Positions 26,689-38,072 of a stretch of DNA of 40,716 nucleotides are shown here, in pieces. The stretch is from Desulfobulbaceae bacterium (lineage in GTDB: Bacteria > Desulfobacterota > Desulfobulbia > Desulfobulbales > Desulfobulbaceae). The stretch covers positions 1-40,716 of the forward strand of contig JAOTSI010000001.1 in assembly GCA_029865005.1 (NCBI GenBank). Direction: 5' to 3'. The first letter of the stretch is position 1. Every line of letters begins with the position of its first letter. A program made the position numbers and the translations under genes. Below the pieces are notes generated by a model. The model was given only the letters and a program-made list of their open reading frames with translations, was not told the DNA's origin and did not search any database.

Positions 26689-26725
26689 ACAAAGAAAGGG
26701 TGGACAGTGTCTACCCTTTCTTTGT
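26689..26725. terminator. Long hairpin downstream of icd (possible terminator)
   Basis: The sequence is acaaagaaagggtggacagtgtctaccctttctttgt: a ~15-bp stem about 90 nt after the icd stop. A second hairpin, ccccaca..tgtgggg (26771-26801), lies immediately after the stop. Confidence 0.4.
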
Positions 26726-26813
26726 ATCATTATAATTCAGGTAACTAACTTAAATCTATCATCATAAGACCCCACACCAAGCTTATACCCTGCTGTGGGG
26801 TTGTTATGGACGA

Positions 26814-29048
<2,235 letters not shown>

Positions 29049-29237
29049 TTAGTTTGTGATGCTTCTATCAACACAGAGTTAATTTCAAAAGAGTATTGCT
29101 TTGTTAATTAACCAGGTTGTAATATATAAAAAATCCTTATTGAGTCATCAAAGACAAAGTTGAAGGCTTTATCGTAACTCAAAAAGGGTACCTGGTCACA
29201 GGGCTCGTAACTAGCTGATTTAATACAGTGCGGGTCT

Positions 29238-29345
29238 GTAAATGGTCACAGGTGCCTCATATTTTTGCAGTTGCCGCTGCTCGCGATAGCCCTTCTATGC
29301 GGGCAGCGGCAACCGCATGAAGATGAGGTGCCTGTGACCACTTAC
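29238..29345. repeat. Family A palindromic repeat, copy 5 (best preserved)
   Basis: It reads gtaaatggtcacaggtgcctcatatttttgcagttgccgctgctcgcgatagcccttctatgcgggcagcggcaaccgcatgaagatgaggtgcctgtgaccacttacc. The arms pair over about 45 bp. Confidence 0.8.
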
Positions 29346-29465
29346 CAAAAATGAGCTGAATGCGAAGAAAGAATTAGCATATACGCTATGGGAATGCAAA
29401 TATCCTCTGGAACGAGATAAACTTGCTAATGGAAAACAGGAATATTGGTATAAAAAGGAAGACTA

Positions 29466-30155
29466 ATGGGCCTTGAAGGAGTGGAATTAATTATGGCGTT
29501 GGAAGAATATTTCGGAGTGGAGATAGAAGATAATGAGGCCGAATATCTCACTACGCCTCGGTTGGTCGGTGATCTAATTTTTACAAAGATCCAAAAGTCA
29601 GATGAGTATTTTTGCCAAAGTCAACGCGCTTTTTATGCCCTGCGCAATGTTTTTATCAAAACTTTTAACCTCAAAAGACACCAAGTAAAACTTGATACAC
29701 CTTTTCGAGATTATATTCCTAAGGCGGAAGAAAAAGAGGTTTGGTTACGCTTAAAAAAAGCTATACGGGCTAGAATTTGGCCTAAATTTACCCGTCCCTC
29801 GTGGCTTTCTTATACGCTCTGGGGGATAAGTTTTGTTGTTTTCCTAATTGCAACCATATGGGTATCCACCTGGAGCTCCAATAATGCCGGCTTTGCTATT
29901 TTAATGGGAATACTTTCGGCAATTGGGTTCGCTATAATATCTACCAAGCTCACCGTATCATATAAAATATGTATTCCTACCTCATTAATAACCATGCGAG
30001 ATCTTATTCCTTACGTCATTACCTCTGATACTATTTCGTGGACCCGGGAACATGTTTCTGATTCGATTAAAAATTTGATTTTAGAGCAGTTTGGGATACC
30101 CGAAGAACATTATACTGAGGATTCTAAATTTATAGATGATTTTGGCATGGACTAA
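29466..30155 (+). CDS. Membrane protein with ACP-like half-domains at both termini (apparent circular permutation of the acyl-carrier-protein fold)
   Basis: 229 aa, with an SD (aaagga) and an in-frame stop just upstream of the ATG. The N-terminus MGLEGVELIMALEEYFGVEIEDNEAEYLTT resembles ACP helix II-IV. The C-terminus SIKNLILEQFGIPEEHYTEDSKFIDDFGMD resembles ACP helix I plus the DLGxD loop. Two TM helices lie in the middle. Confidence 0.6.
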   Translation: MGLEGVELIMALEEYFGVEIEDNEAEYLTTPRLVGDLIFTKIQKSDEYFCQSQRAFYALRNVFIKTFNLKRHQVKLDTPFRDYIPKAEEKEVWLRLKKAIRARIWPKFTRPSWLSYTLWGISFVVFLIATIWVSTWSSNNAGFAILMGILSAIGFAIISTKLTVSYKICIPTSLITMRDLIPYVITSDTISWTREHVSDSIKNLILEQFGIPEEHYTEDSKFIDDFGMD

Positions 30156-30190
30156 AACAATCTGAAAAATGGCATCATTAACGTCTCATC

Positions 30191-31288
30191 CTACTTACAT
30201 TGTTCCGGATACAGCTCCAGTAACCCTTCTTTACTCGCTGAACAGACGCCGCGCTCAGTTATCAAACCGGTGACCAGGGAGGCAGGGGTGACGTCAAATG
30301 CTGGATTGAGGGCCGGGGTTTCGCGGGGTGCTATATAAACACCGGTGGGTTCGCCGCTTTCGGTTATTCCGTGTACCCGAAGTACTTCGTCGCTATCCCT
30401 TTCCTCAATAGGGATCTGCTTTAGTCCGTCATCAATGGTCCAATCGATGGTAGAACCTGGTAGAGAGACGTAAAAAGGTACATCATTATCCTTGGCTGCC
30501 AAGGCTTTAAGATAGGTTCCAATTTTATTGCACACATCGCCGGATGCAGTAGTGCGGTCGGTTCCCACAATACAAAGATCAACTCGACCATGTTGCATGA
30601 GATGACCGCCACTATTATCAACAATAAGATGATGGGGGATATTCTGGGCCGCCAACTCCCAGGCGGTGAGTGCTGCGCCTTGGTTGCGAGGTCGGGTCTC
30701 ATCGACCCAGACATGGACGGGAATACCTTCGTAAAATGCTTTATAAACCGGGGCCAGAGCCGTGCCCCAATCCACTGTGGCCAACCAACCTGCATTGCAG
30801 TGAGTTAGGATATTAACTGGTTCCTTTTTGTCCTTACGTTCCCAAATATCCCGGATAAGTGCGGCTCCATGGTTACCAAGCGCCTCATTGGTTGCCACAT
30901 CCTCCTCACATACGGCTGCTGCTTCCAAGTAGGCCGCAGCTAATCTTTGGTCTTCTGCGATTGGGCTAAGTTTAGTGAGCATCCGCTCCACCGCCCAGCG
31001 CAGATTCACCGCAGTGGGGCGGCAGCCAGTCAGGGTTTTGCCAATCCGAGCCATATCCCCATCGCTTGCTCCCTCATGTAAGCCGAGATAAAAGCCATAG
31101 GCCGCCGTGGCTCCGATAAGAGGGGCACCACGTACCAACATGTCACGAATGGCCTTGGCCGCATCTTCCATGTTGCGCAAGGTGACGATTTCAAAACAAT
31201 GGGGCAATTTGGTTTGGTCTATTATCTCTACGTCACGGCCATTGACGGCTGGCCAAATGGAACGGTACGAATGGTCTCCAACTTTCAA
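30191..31288 (-). CDS. mtnA: S-methyl-5-thioribose-1-phosphate isomerase (eIF-2B alpha/beta/delta family)
   Basis: Conserved blocks are [45 protein letters not shown] and [20 protein letters not shown] propose the TTG start at 31288, with gagga 7 nt upstream. The track's ATG at 31405 would overlap the upstream gene by 79 nt and add a non-homologous Ser/Arg-rich extension. Confidence 0.85.
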   Translation of the reverse strand: MKVGDHSYRSIWPAVNGRDVEIIDQTKLPHCFEIVTLRNMEDAAKAIRDMLVRGAPLIGATAAYGFYLGLHEGASDGDMARIGKTLTGCRPTAVNLRWAVERMLTKLSPIAEDQRLAAAYLEAAAVCEEDVATNEALGNHGAALIRDIWERKDKKEPVNILTHCNAGWLATVDWGTALAPVYKAFYEGIPVHVWVDETRPRNQGAALTAWELAAQNIPHHLIVDNSGGHLMQHGRVDLCIVGTDRTTASGDVCNKIGTYLKALAAKDNDVPFYVSLPGSTIDWTIDDGLKQIPIEERDSDEVLRVHGITESGEPTGVYIAPRETPALNPAFDVTPASLVTGLITERGVCSASKEGLLELYPEQCK

Positions 31289-31326
31289 GTTTAAATCCTC
31301 GGCAGTTTGTAGGGAATATAAATATA

Positions 31327-31740
31327 TTATTGGGAAATAAGACGTGGGGTCCAGAGAATTTGCCCTCGACCTTCCGCTTCTTCCAGAAAGGACTGACCGT
31401 CCCATTCCTTGACTTGATCAAAATATCCAGCCCGCATAACCTTTAGAGTTACCTTGCTGGATTCTTTCATTTCTTCCTCTTTAATACGTCGCACCCCTTG
31501 AAATGGGGTATTACCGAGATAAATCCAGTCACTTGCCTTTTTTAATTCTTGATCACTTACCCGATAGATGAGATGGGCACCTTCCGGAGCAGAATTAACT
31601 TTGAAGCGAACATTGCTTACCGATGGACCACACGCAGTGACTAGTAGTGTTGCACCGAGTATAAAAGCCAACTGTTTAAACCGATAAAAGTTATCAGTAA
31701 ATGATCTACGGCTAGCCAGTGATACATGGGGGGTCGACAT
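31327..31740 (-). CDS. PEGA-domain lipoprotein
   Basis: It has a lipobox (LLVTAC), a PEGA motif ([13 protein letters not shown]) and GNTPF. An SD (aaggag) lies upstream of the ATG. Confidence 0.7.
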   Translation of the reverse strand: MSTPHVSLASRRSFTDNFYRFKQLAFILGATLLVTACGPSVSNVRFKVNSAPEGAHLIYRVSDQELKKASDWIYLGNTPFQGVRRIKEEEMKESSKVTLKVMRAGYFDQVKEWDGQSFLEEAEGRGQILWTPRLISQ

Positions 31741-31751
31741 ATCTTTCTCCT

Positions 31752-32105
31752 TTATTTCTTTTTCAAAAGTTCCACTTCAATGGGTTGAGCCTTTTTTAAT
31801 GCTTCTTCGCGGCTAGCGTGCCTGGTATTGACCCATACATCGCTGATGCGCTCCAAGTAACCCTGTTTTCTAAATTGAACCGTAACTTTTTTTGATTCTC
31901 CACCAGTCTCCTCCCAGATAACTTTAGTCGGAGTGGTACCGAGCAGAGAGTCGTCGCCTAAATTGATTATTTCCGCCCCTGCAGGTTTGGATTTAAATTC
32001 CACTGCACCGAAGGTTTTTTGCCATGCACAGCCACCCGATAAAAACAGACTGTAAATAGCCAAAATATAAACAAGTATACGCAAATATTTTCCCACCATA
32101 TACAT
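31752..32105 (-). CDS. PEGA-domain lipoprotein (paralogue)
   Basis: It has a lipobox (LSGGC), a PEGA-like motif (SKPAGAEIINL) and GTTP. I take the first in-frame ATG (32105, or 32099), preceded by agaggtgg. The track's TTG at 32180 coincides with a -35 hexamer. Confidence 0.7.
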   Translation of the reverse strand: MYMVGKYLRILVYILAIYSLFLSGGCAWQKTFGAVEFKSKPAGAEIINLGDDSLLGTTPTKVIWEETGGESKKVTVQFRKQGYLERISDVWVNTRHASREEALKKAQPIEVELLKKK

Positions 32106-32151
32106 AACCACCTCTAAGTAAAATTGCGTCAAATTGGCATGATAAGAAAAA

Positions 32152-32180
32152 TTTATACTTGGCGGTCCATGGGTGGTCAA
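32152..32180 (-). promoter_or_regulatory. Near-consensus sigma70-type promoter for the PEGA-lipoprotein/mtnA gene string
   Basis: The minus strand reads ttgacc, then acccatggaccgccaag (17 nt), then tataaa. It lies about 45 nt upstream of the ATG at 32105. Confidence 0.5.
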
Positions 32181-32242
32181 GTCTAAAGCCTGATAATGGT
32201 CAAAAAAGGAGGGAGTAAATAATAATTTTGCTGTTGCCTGTT

Positions 32243-32402
32243 AGGGAACTTCCAAAAAATAATCTACCCGACTGACTTATCTATAGCTCCGTCTTCTGAG
32301 TTGCACGAAGGGTTACATACAACAAGTATGTGCCCCTTGGCACGCCTTGAAGACAAAGCCCTATCCTATGCCATTTAGGTAGATTATTTTCTTCCAGTTC
32401 CC
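32243..32402. repeat. 160-bp element closed by 25-bp inverted repeats (MITE-like or structured RNA)
   Basis: The left arm gggaacttccaaaaaataatctacc (32243-32267) faces ggtagattattttcttccagttccc (32378-32402), matching 22/25 as an inverted repeat. Nested internal stems are present (gtcttc/gaagac, acatac/gtatgt, gtgcc/ggcac). Confidence 0.55.
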
Positions 32403-32405
32403 TTA

Positions 32406-32933
32406 TTACTCTTGTCGAACCCTGATTTTAGTCATACTTAAAAAAAGCCCAACCAATAGTGCCATGTAAAGATACCCCATGAGGGCCTCCATAGCTGCTA
32501 CCATTCGTAATTCATTAATGGGTTGCAGGTCGCCGTAACCCAGCGTGGTCCAGGTGACCACCGAAAAATAAAGACTGGTTAAAAAGTCATGCTTAATTAT
32601 GCCCTGTACCGAGTGAAGACCGTAGACATAATATAGGCCGCAAAAGAGAAACATATTGGAAACTCCGGTGATGGAGACCATGATAAACTCATAATAAACC
32701 AGCTTGCCGTCATGCTCATTGGTCATGAACTCTTTAACGTCACGAAAAAAGAAAATATTTAGCAAAATAAATACAATAATAACCCCTGCGGTTATATATG
32801 GTGTCATGGTGTTGAGCGTAACCTCTCCTCCCTTATGAAGCAGACTTTGACTCATGACCAAGAGAGAAACGGGAATGAGAAATATGGTTAACAAATTAGT
32901 TATTTTAGTAATATTATTTTTGAGCCAAATCAT
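32406..32933 (-). CDS. Small potassium channel-like protein (ion_trans_2 pore domain)
   Basis: The selectivity-filter signature TWTTLGYGD lies between two TM helices. Additional N-terminal TM helices are present. Length is 175 aa. Confidence 0.8.
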   Translation of the reverse strand: MIWLKNNITKITNLLTIFLIPVSLLVMSQSLLHKGGEVTLNTMTPYITAGVIIVFILLNIFFFRDVKEFMTNEHDGKLVYYEFIMVSITGVSNMFLFCGLYYVYGLHSVQGIIKHDFLTSLYFSVVTWTTLGYGDLQPINELRMVAAMEALMGYLYMALLVGLFLSMTKIRVRQE

Positions 32934-33142
32934 GAATTATGTAGATGAAAATTGTTTATGAATTAGGTGAGTTGTAAAGGATATTTTGGTGAAAATTTGT
33001 TTACTGTATCGAATTGATATCAAAGATTATTATGAATGAATATGCCGGTTTAAAGTCGCAGTAAATAATAAATATCACAAAATTGGAATCTATACTTATC
33101 AGGTTTGCAACGCATATTAATACTGTACTAAATTTTTAAACC

Positions 33143-33240
33143 ATACGCAGGTACCACCCGTGTAGACGCGTTCCAACCGCTATAGCCCATCTATGCGGTA
33201 CGAAGTGATTGTGCGAAGTGCGGTATCAATGAATGGTTAC
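33143..33240. repeat. Family A repeat, strongly degenerate copy
   Basis: The core ccgctatagcccatctatgcgg matches the family A centre, but the arms are only loosely recognisable (cgcaggtacc ... gaatggttac). Confidence 0.35.
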
Positions 33241-33926
33241 GATGATTCAAGCCACCCATTTTCTTGAACATGAGCAATTATCTCCTGGTCCGTCAAATCA
33301 TTATTGATTAGTTTACTCGCCCCGAGATAAGTGCGACTTAACCAGACTAATACGTCCTCAATTCGCTCTGAGAGTTTGGGATTGGCGGCGGCATAGCGGT
33401 CAAAATGATCTATGGTCTCCTTTAGTTGTCTATGAGCTGCTCTTTTCTCCCTGATATGATGTTCAATATCTAAAACTAATACCTTGACGCCGGTTGCTTT
33501 TATTGCTCGTAATTTTTCTTCTAGGCCAGCTGATAAATGAATATCCTCTACTTGTTCATATTTATGGGCCAGATAAAAAGCCAGAACCCGTAAAGCAGTA
33601 TGACTAATAACCAAGGTCACACCATCTTGGGCTGGGCGAAATTGTCGTAAATCTTTCTTGAGCAGATAGTCGACCACATATGGAATAAATCGGTTGTGCA
33701 GTGGGAAAGTGGTAATAAAAGCCCATTCCATAAACAGTGAAAAAGCTGATTTATCTTCCGATGTGGTGGCGGTGGTTAGAGGAGCTGAAAATTTGCCTTC
33801 TCTTTTTTCAACTTTTTGTCCAGAGGCAATCAATTCATCGACGATAAGGTTGGCAACGTGATTTTTTCCAGATAGATCCGTGCCAATTATTAATAGCGTA
33901 TTAATTCGTTGTTGATGATTACCCAT
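33237..33926 (-). CDS. Hypothetical protein with a degenerate P-loop (GTDLSGKN), nucleotide-kinase-like
   Basis: 229 aa. The N-terminal LLIIGTDLSGKNHV resembles a Walker A / dNMP-kinase GxDxxGK motif but has Asn in place of Ser/Thr. I recognised no other motif. Confidence 0.5.
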   Translation of the reverse strand: MGNHQQRINTLLIIGTDLSGKNHVANLIVDELIASGQKVEKREGKFSAPLTTATTSEDKSAFSLFMEWAFITTFPLHNRFIPYVVDYLLKKDLRQFRPAQDGVTLVISHTALRVLAFYLAHKYEQVEDIHLSAGLEEKLRAIKATGVKVLVLDIEHHIREKRAAHRQLKETIDHFDRYAAANPKLSERIEDVLVWLSRTYLGASKLINNDLTDQEIIAHVQENGWLESS

Positions 33927-34057
33927 TTGCTCTCCGGTATTATATTTATCTATATTTTTAATTAATTATAAAAAAACAATCTATATTAACTTGCTCGTGC
34001 ATGGTAACCATTCTCTTTGGCTGCATCATCTAAAATACTTCTGACTGTAACGGTTAA

Positions 34058-34813
34058 CTAATAAAATATTATAGGTTTTGTGACAAATTTTTTCACCCCC
34101 ATACCCTGTACTTTTTCCTCGTTGAGGATTTCACTTAAACCAGTACACAGGACAATGGGAATGTTTGGATGTTTTTTTAGCACTTTATGCGCTAACTGGT
34201 CACCGGTTAACTTGGGCATGGTCATATCGGTGAGAACCAAATCATATTTATCACATGCAGTTTCAAACTACATTCCACACCAGAGATGGATCCGTAAAGC
34301 CACTAACCTGATAACCGAGTGTCTCCGAAATTTTTTTCCATCTCAACGATATTATTTACATCATCAATTACTAGTAATCATTCCGTTCTTCTTGGAATTT
34401 CTTTTTTCTCAGTAACTTTATTCAGTGTTGCTTCAGTCTCAATTTCAGGCAAATAGACTCTAAAAAGAGTGCCAATTTATTTCATCATTGGGGCCTATTG
34501 TAGTTGGGATTCTAATTTGTGCTTTTCTTCTTCTACCAACAACCCTTCAGAAATATCTCGCGCCAGAGAGATCACCAAATGCTGAGCGCATAAATCCATA
34601 GTCACCCATATTTACTGCCACCGGAAAAGTTTCTCCTTTTTTAAACCGATACTTGGCTGCAAGAATCATAGCTGGTTCGGAACATGGAAGGTGCCAATAC
34701 CTTTCAGCCAAAGAGAGTTGCTCGGAGATGGTGGCTATTTCCGACATGTTCATGGTTACGAGTTCTTCCCAACTATACCCCAGAGAACAACAAGCACGTT
34801 CATTGATCGCCAA
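34058..34813 (-). pseudogene. Decayed hybrid sensor histidine kinase / response regulator (PAS remnant, kinase core deleted, receiver domain broken)
   Basis: The minus strand encodes, in shifting frames: a PAS fragment (88-aa ORF) ending near ..RDISEGLLVEEEKHKLESQLQ, then only the last strand of an HATPase domain (GTLFRVYLP). A receiver domain follows with an in-frame TGA before LLVIDDVNNIVEMEK. Two frameshifts then occur (ISETLGYQVSGFTDPSLVWNV / FETACDKYDLVLTDMTMPKLTG). Confidence 0.8.
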
Positions 34814-35047
34814 TAACTTACTCTACTCCTACAAGCGGCAATGTTGTTGACTTAGGGCTGCAGGAAATAATAAATATTCCAAAAGAGGAGTTTTTGCTTA
34901 CCTGCGAAAGATTATTAATTGTCTTTAAAGGAAGGAAACCAGTAGAAAGGGGCAGTATATAACCACTTCAAAGACAATAAAAAACTTAAAAAAACTACCA
35001 GTTAAGCGACAAACCCCTAGATGGGATAATTTATTTCATCCGAGGCC

Positions 35048-36586
35048 CTAAAATGACAATACTTTAGCTTTAAGCCGCTTAATGAGTTTTAAAAAATAAT
35101 TTTGTTTCTTTGGTTCTTTATATTCATTATTTTTAATAACCATTTTTGCATCGACCTGTTTTAGCCAAAGATGGAGCATATCTTTTAGTTTTGATGTCAT
35201 CCTCGGCCGATTCTTTGAGATATCCTTCAACTCCCCTATATCCTGTTTTAAATCATAAAGCTCAACGTGATTGTCCTCAAAAAACTCTATAAGCTTATAG
35301 TTATCGACACGAACAGCAGCGCTAGGTGTACCTCCTTGAGGAGAGTAATGTGGGAAATGCCAATAAATAGCATCGCGAGAAATTTCTCCTTTATTTTTAA
35401 GGAGAGGTACCAGGCTAATCCCATCGAGATGTTGATCATGCTGAAATGGTAAATCTGTCATCTCAAGAAGTGTTGGATAGAAATCAGTGCTTATTACCGG
35501 GACATCACATGTTGAACCAGGTGGAGTAACTCCAGGCCACTTGATAATGAAAGGTTCTCTAACTCCTCCTTCATAGAGCCATCCCTTTCCTGCACGGAGA
35601 GGTATATTACTAGTAGGATAGCCTGCACAAGTACTCATACCCCCATTGTCGGACATGAATACAACAATGGTCTTATCCGTCAAACCCTGCTTGTCTAGTT
35701 CCACTAAAACTTTTCCCACCGCCTGGTCCATGGCTTCGACCATGCCTGCGTATACAGCATCGTTTTGGGTTTTACGAACCTTATATTCACCCTCTTTACC
35801 CCAAGAGGTTTTGGGTGCCTTTTGCTCTTTTTTTATACTATATTTTTCTTCTAAATCTTTTCTCGCCATTAATGGGGTATGAACCGAGTAAAAAGAAAGG
35901 TAGGCAAAAAATGGTTTATCTCGATTGGATTGAATGAATTGAACAGTTTCTTCTGCAAGTCGATCAGGAAGGTGTTCCCCCTTTGGCCCATCGGTTAGGC
36001 GTGGATTAGCATAGGGAGAAAAATAATTTTTCCCGCCATAAGGTCCACCCCAATCACAGCCCCCTATGTTGACATCAAACCCTTGATACTCAGGCCAATA
36101 TTTTTCTGCTCCCAAGTGCCATTTTCCTGCGAAGAAGGTAGTGTAGTTATGTTTCTTAAGAGTTTCAGCAATAGTTATTTCATGCAAGGAAAGTGCTGGT
36201 ACATAAGAAGCTCCAATCAATTGCTTTTTGATTTTGCCATGCAACCAGTTCGTAAGGTGAAGCCTCGCGGGATACTTACCAGTTAATATGCTAGCTCGAG
36301 TAGGCGAACTCACTGGGCTTGCGGCATAGCCAGCGGTGAACTTCATTCCAGTGGCTGCAATTTTGTCAATATTTGGAGTTTCATAAAAGGTACTTCCATA
36401 GCAACCAAGGTCTGTCCAGCCCAAATCATCAGCCAAAATAAATACAATGTTTTGCGACTGACTTTTTGATTTAGCCAATGGCAAGTTAGAGGACATAACA
36501 AACGGCACCCCCATGACAAGTGTCGAAGCCATAAATGCAGGTATTCCTAACACAACATTATTTGTTATTATATTTTTTGGACGCAT
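35048..36586 (-). CDS. Sulfatase (arylsulfatase A family), Ser-type formylglycine motif
   Basis: It has a signal peptide. NIVFILADDLGWTDLGCYG is the metal-site block. The signature is P-V-S-S-P-T-R-A-S-I-L-T-G, with Ser at the (C/S)xPxR position. Confidence 0.9.
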   Translation of the reverse strand: MRPKNIITNNVVLGIPAFMASTLVMGVPFVMSSNLPLAKSKSQSQNIVFILADDLGWTDLGCYGSTFYETPNIDKIAATGMKFTAGYAASPVSSPTRASILTGKYPARLHLTNWLHGKIKKQLIGASYVPALSLHEITIAETLKKHNYTTFFAGKWHLGAEKYWPEYQGFDVNIGGCDWGGPYGGKNYFSPYANPRLTDGPKGEHLPDRLAEETVQFIQSNRDKPFFAYLSFYSVHTPLMARKDLEEKYSIKKEQKAPKTSWGKEGEYKVRKTQNDAVYAGMVEAMDQAVGKVLVELDKQGLTDKTIVVFMSDNGGMSTCAGYPTSNIPLRAGKGWLYEGGVREPFIIKWPGVTPPGSTCDVPVISTDFYPTLLEMTDLPFQHDQHLDGISLVPLLKNKGEISRDAIYWHFPHYSPQGGTPSAAVRVDNYKLIEFFEDNHVELYDLKQDIGELKDISKNRPRMTSKLKDMLHLWLKQVDAKMVIKNNEYKEPKKQNYFLKLIKRLKAKVLSF

Positions 36587-36761
36587 TTTTTTACGAGTTC
36601 CTTAGACCTGATCTTTTCTGAAACCTTCATAAGAAATATATGATTAAATAAATAATTAATTATAACTTACCTTCTCTTCCCATGGCAAATTGTAAAAATT
36701 GGCTTTGTCATTTCAAGACAAAGAGTACTTCAGTATATAAGTAACATAAAAAGAACCACCT

Positions 36762-38027
36762 ATGAATACCAAGTTAAAGCAAATTCATCTTATGATTAAA
36801 CCAATCGGACCTCAATGTAATCTTAATTGTGAATATTGTTATTACTTGGAAAAAAAGGACCTTTTTCCAGATGGGGAAAATTTCATAATGCCCAATTCCG
36901 TCCTTAGTGCATGTATTACAAAATATCTAAGTGGGATGTCCACGACTAACGTGGAGTTCATCTGGCAAGGGGGAGAGCCAACCTTATTGGGTTTGGATTT
37001 TTACAAGCAAGTTATTGAGCTTCAGATGCCTTTTGCTAAACAAAAAGTTATCACTAATTCTATACAGACCAATGGCACACTTTTAGATGATAAATGGTGC
37101 GAATTTTTAGTTCAAAACAACTTTCTCGTCGGCTTGAGCTTAGATGGCCCAAAAGCTGTTCACGACCGCTACCGTAAGGATCATAACGGGCAACCCACAT
37201 TTGACCGGGTAATGCGTGGATTAAAACTCCTGCAAAAGTATGGTGTTGAGTATAACGTGATGGCCACGGTGGCGAGAGAAACAGCTCACAGTCCTAATGA
37301 AATATACCGTTTTTTTAAAGAGCAAGGTGTGCAATTTCTGCAGTTTACTCCGGTCGTCGAACGAACCGCTGATTCCCATACCGAGCAATTAGGATTGAAA
37401 CTAGCAGGACCTCTCTCTCTATGCGAAGAGGAGGGAAATACTACTGTGACGCAGTGGTCGGTGGAACCGGAGGTTTATGGTAATTTTCTAATAACTATCT
37501 TTGATCAATGGGTACGAAATGATGTCGGCTCCACCTATGTTATGAATTTTGACTGGGCTTTAAATTCCTGGATCGGCAACCCATCTCCTGTTTGCCAATT
37601 TTCCCAAACTTGTGGACAAACTATTATGCTGGAGCATAACGGCGATACGTATGCATGTGATCACAATATGTATCCAGAGTATAAAAAGGGCAACATTGCA
37701 GACATTGATCATACTGAAATAATAGAAAATATGATCAACAAAGGTTTTCATATTAAAGATACTAACCTACCTGATAGTTGTCTCAAGTGTAAGGTATTAA
37801 AAGCTTGCTGGTGTGGTTGCCCTAAACATCGATTTATTAAAAACCAGGATGGCAAACCTGCTCTTAACTATCTATGTAAAGGGTATAAAAGATATTTCCT
37901 CTATATACGAAAATATCTCCATGCAATGAGTCAGTTACTGGAAAACGGTCTCCCTGCATCCCATATTATGCTCGCATTCAAGGGGCCGATTGCAATAAAT
38001 GTTTCTAAAAATAATAATGGGGTATGA
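36762..38027 (+). CDS. Anaerobic sulfatase-maturating enzyme (radical SAM / SPASM)
   Basis: It has CNLNCEYCYY (CxxxCxxC) at the N-terminus and Cys-rich SPASM-like clusters (CQFSQTCG, CDHNMY, CLKCKVLKACWCGCPKHR). It is divergent from the sulfatase gene. Confidence 0.85.
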   Translation: MNTKLKQIHLMIKPIGPQCNLNCEYCYYLEKKDLFPDGENFIMPNSVLSACITKYLSGMSTTNVEFIWQGGEPTLLGLDFYKQVIELQMPFAKQKVITNSIQTNGTLLDDKWCEFLVQNNFLVGLSLDGPKAVHDRYRKDHNGQPTFDRVMRGLKLLQKYGVEYNVMATVARETAHSPNEIYRFFKEQGVQFLQFTPVVERTADSHTEQLGLKLAGPLSLCEEEGNTTVTQWSVEPEVYGNFLITIFDQWVRNDVGSTYVMNFDWALNSWIGNPSPVCQFSQTCGQTIMLEHNGDTYACDHNMYPEYKKGNIADIDHTEIIENMINKGFHIKDTNLPDSCLKCKVLKACWCGCPKHRFIKNQDGKPALNYLCKGYKRYFLYIRKYLHAMSQLLENGLPASHIMLAFKGPIAINVSKNNNGV

Positions 38028-38072
38028 CTAAATGACCTGGCACACATAAGTGAAATCCATGCTTAAGATTTC

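Noticed and set aside
31289-31405. ATG-initiated 39-aa extension of mtnA
   Set aside because: It overlaps the upstream PEGA gene by 79 nt. It is Ser/Arg-rich and unlike MtnA N-termini. A TTG with a good SD is available at 31288.
34080-34415. 111-aa plus-strand ORF
   Set aside because: It is antisense to the receiver-domain remnant of the decayed sensor kinase, with no motif or SD. It is an artefact of the pseudogene region.
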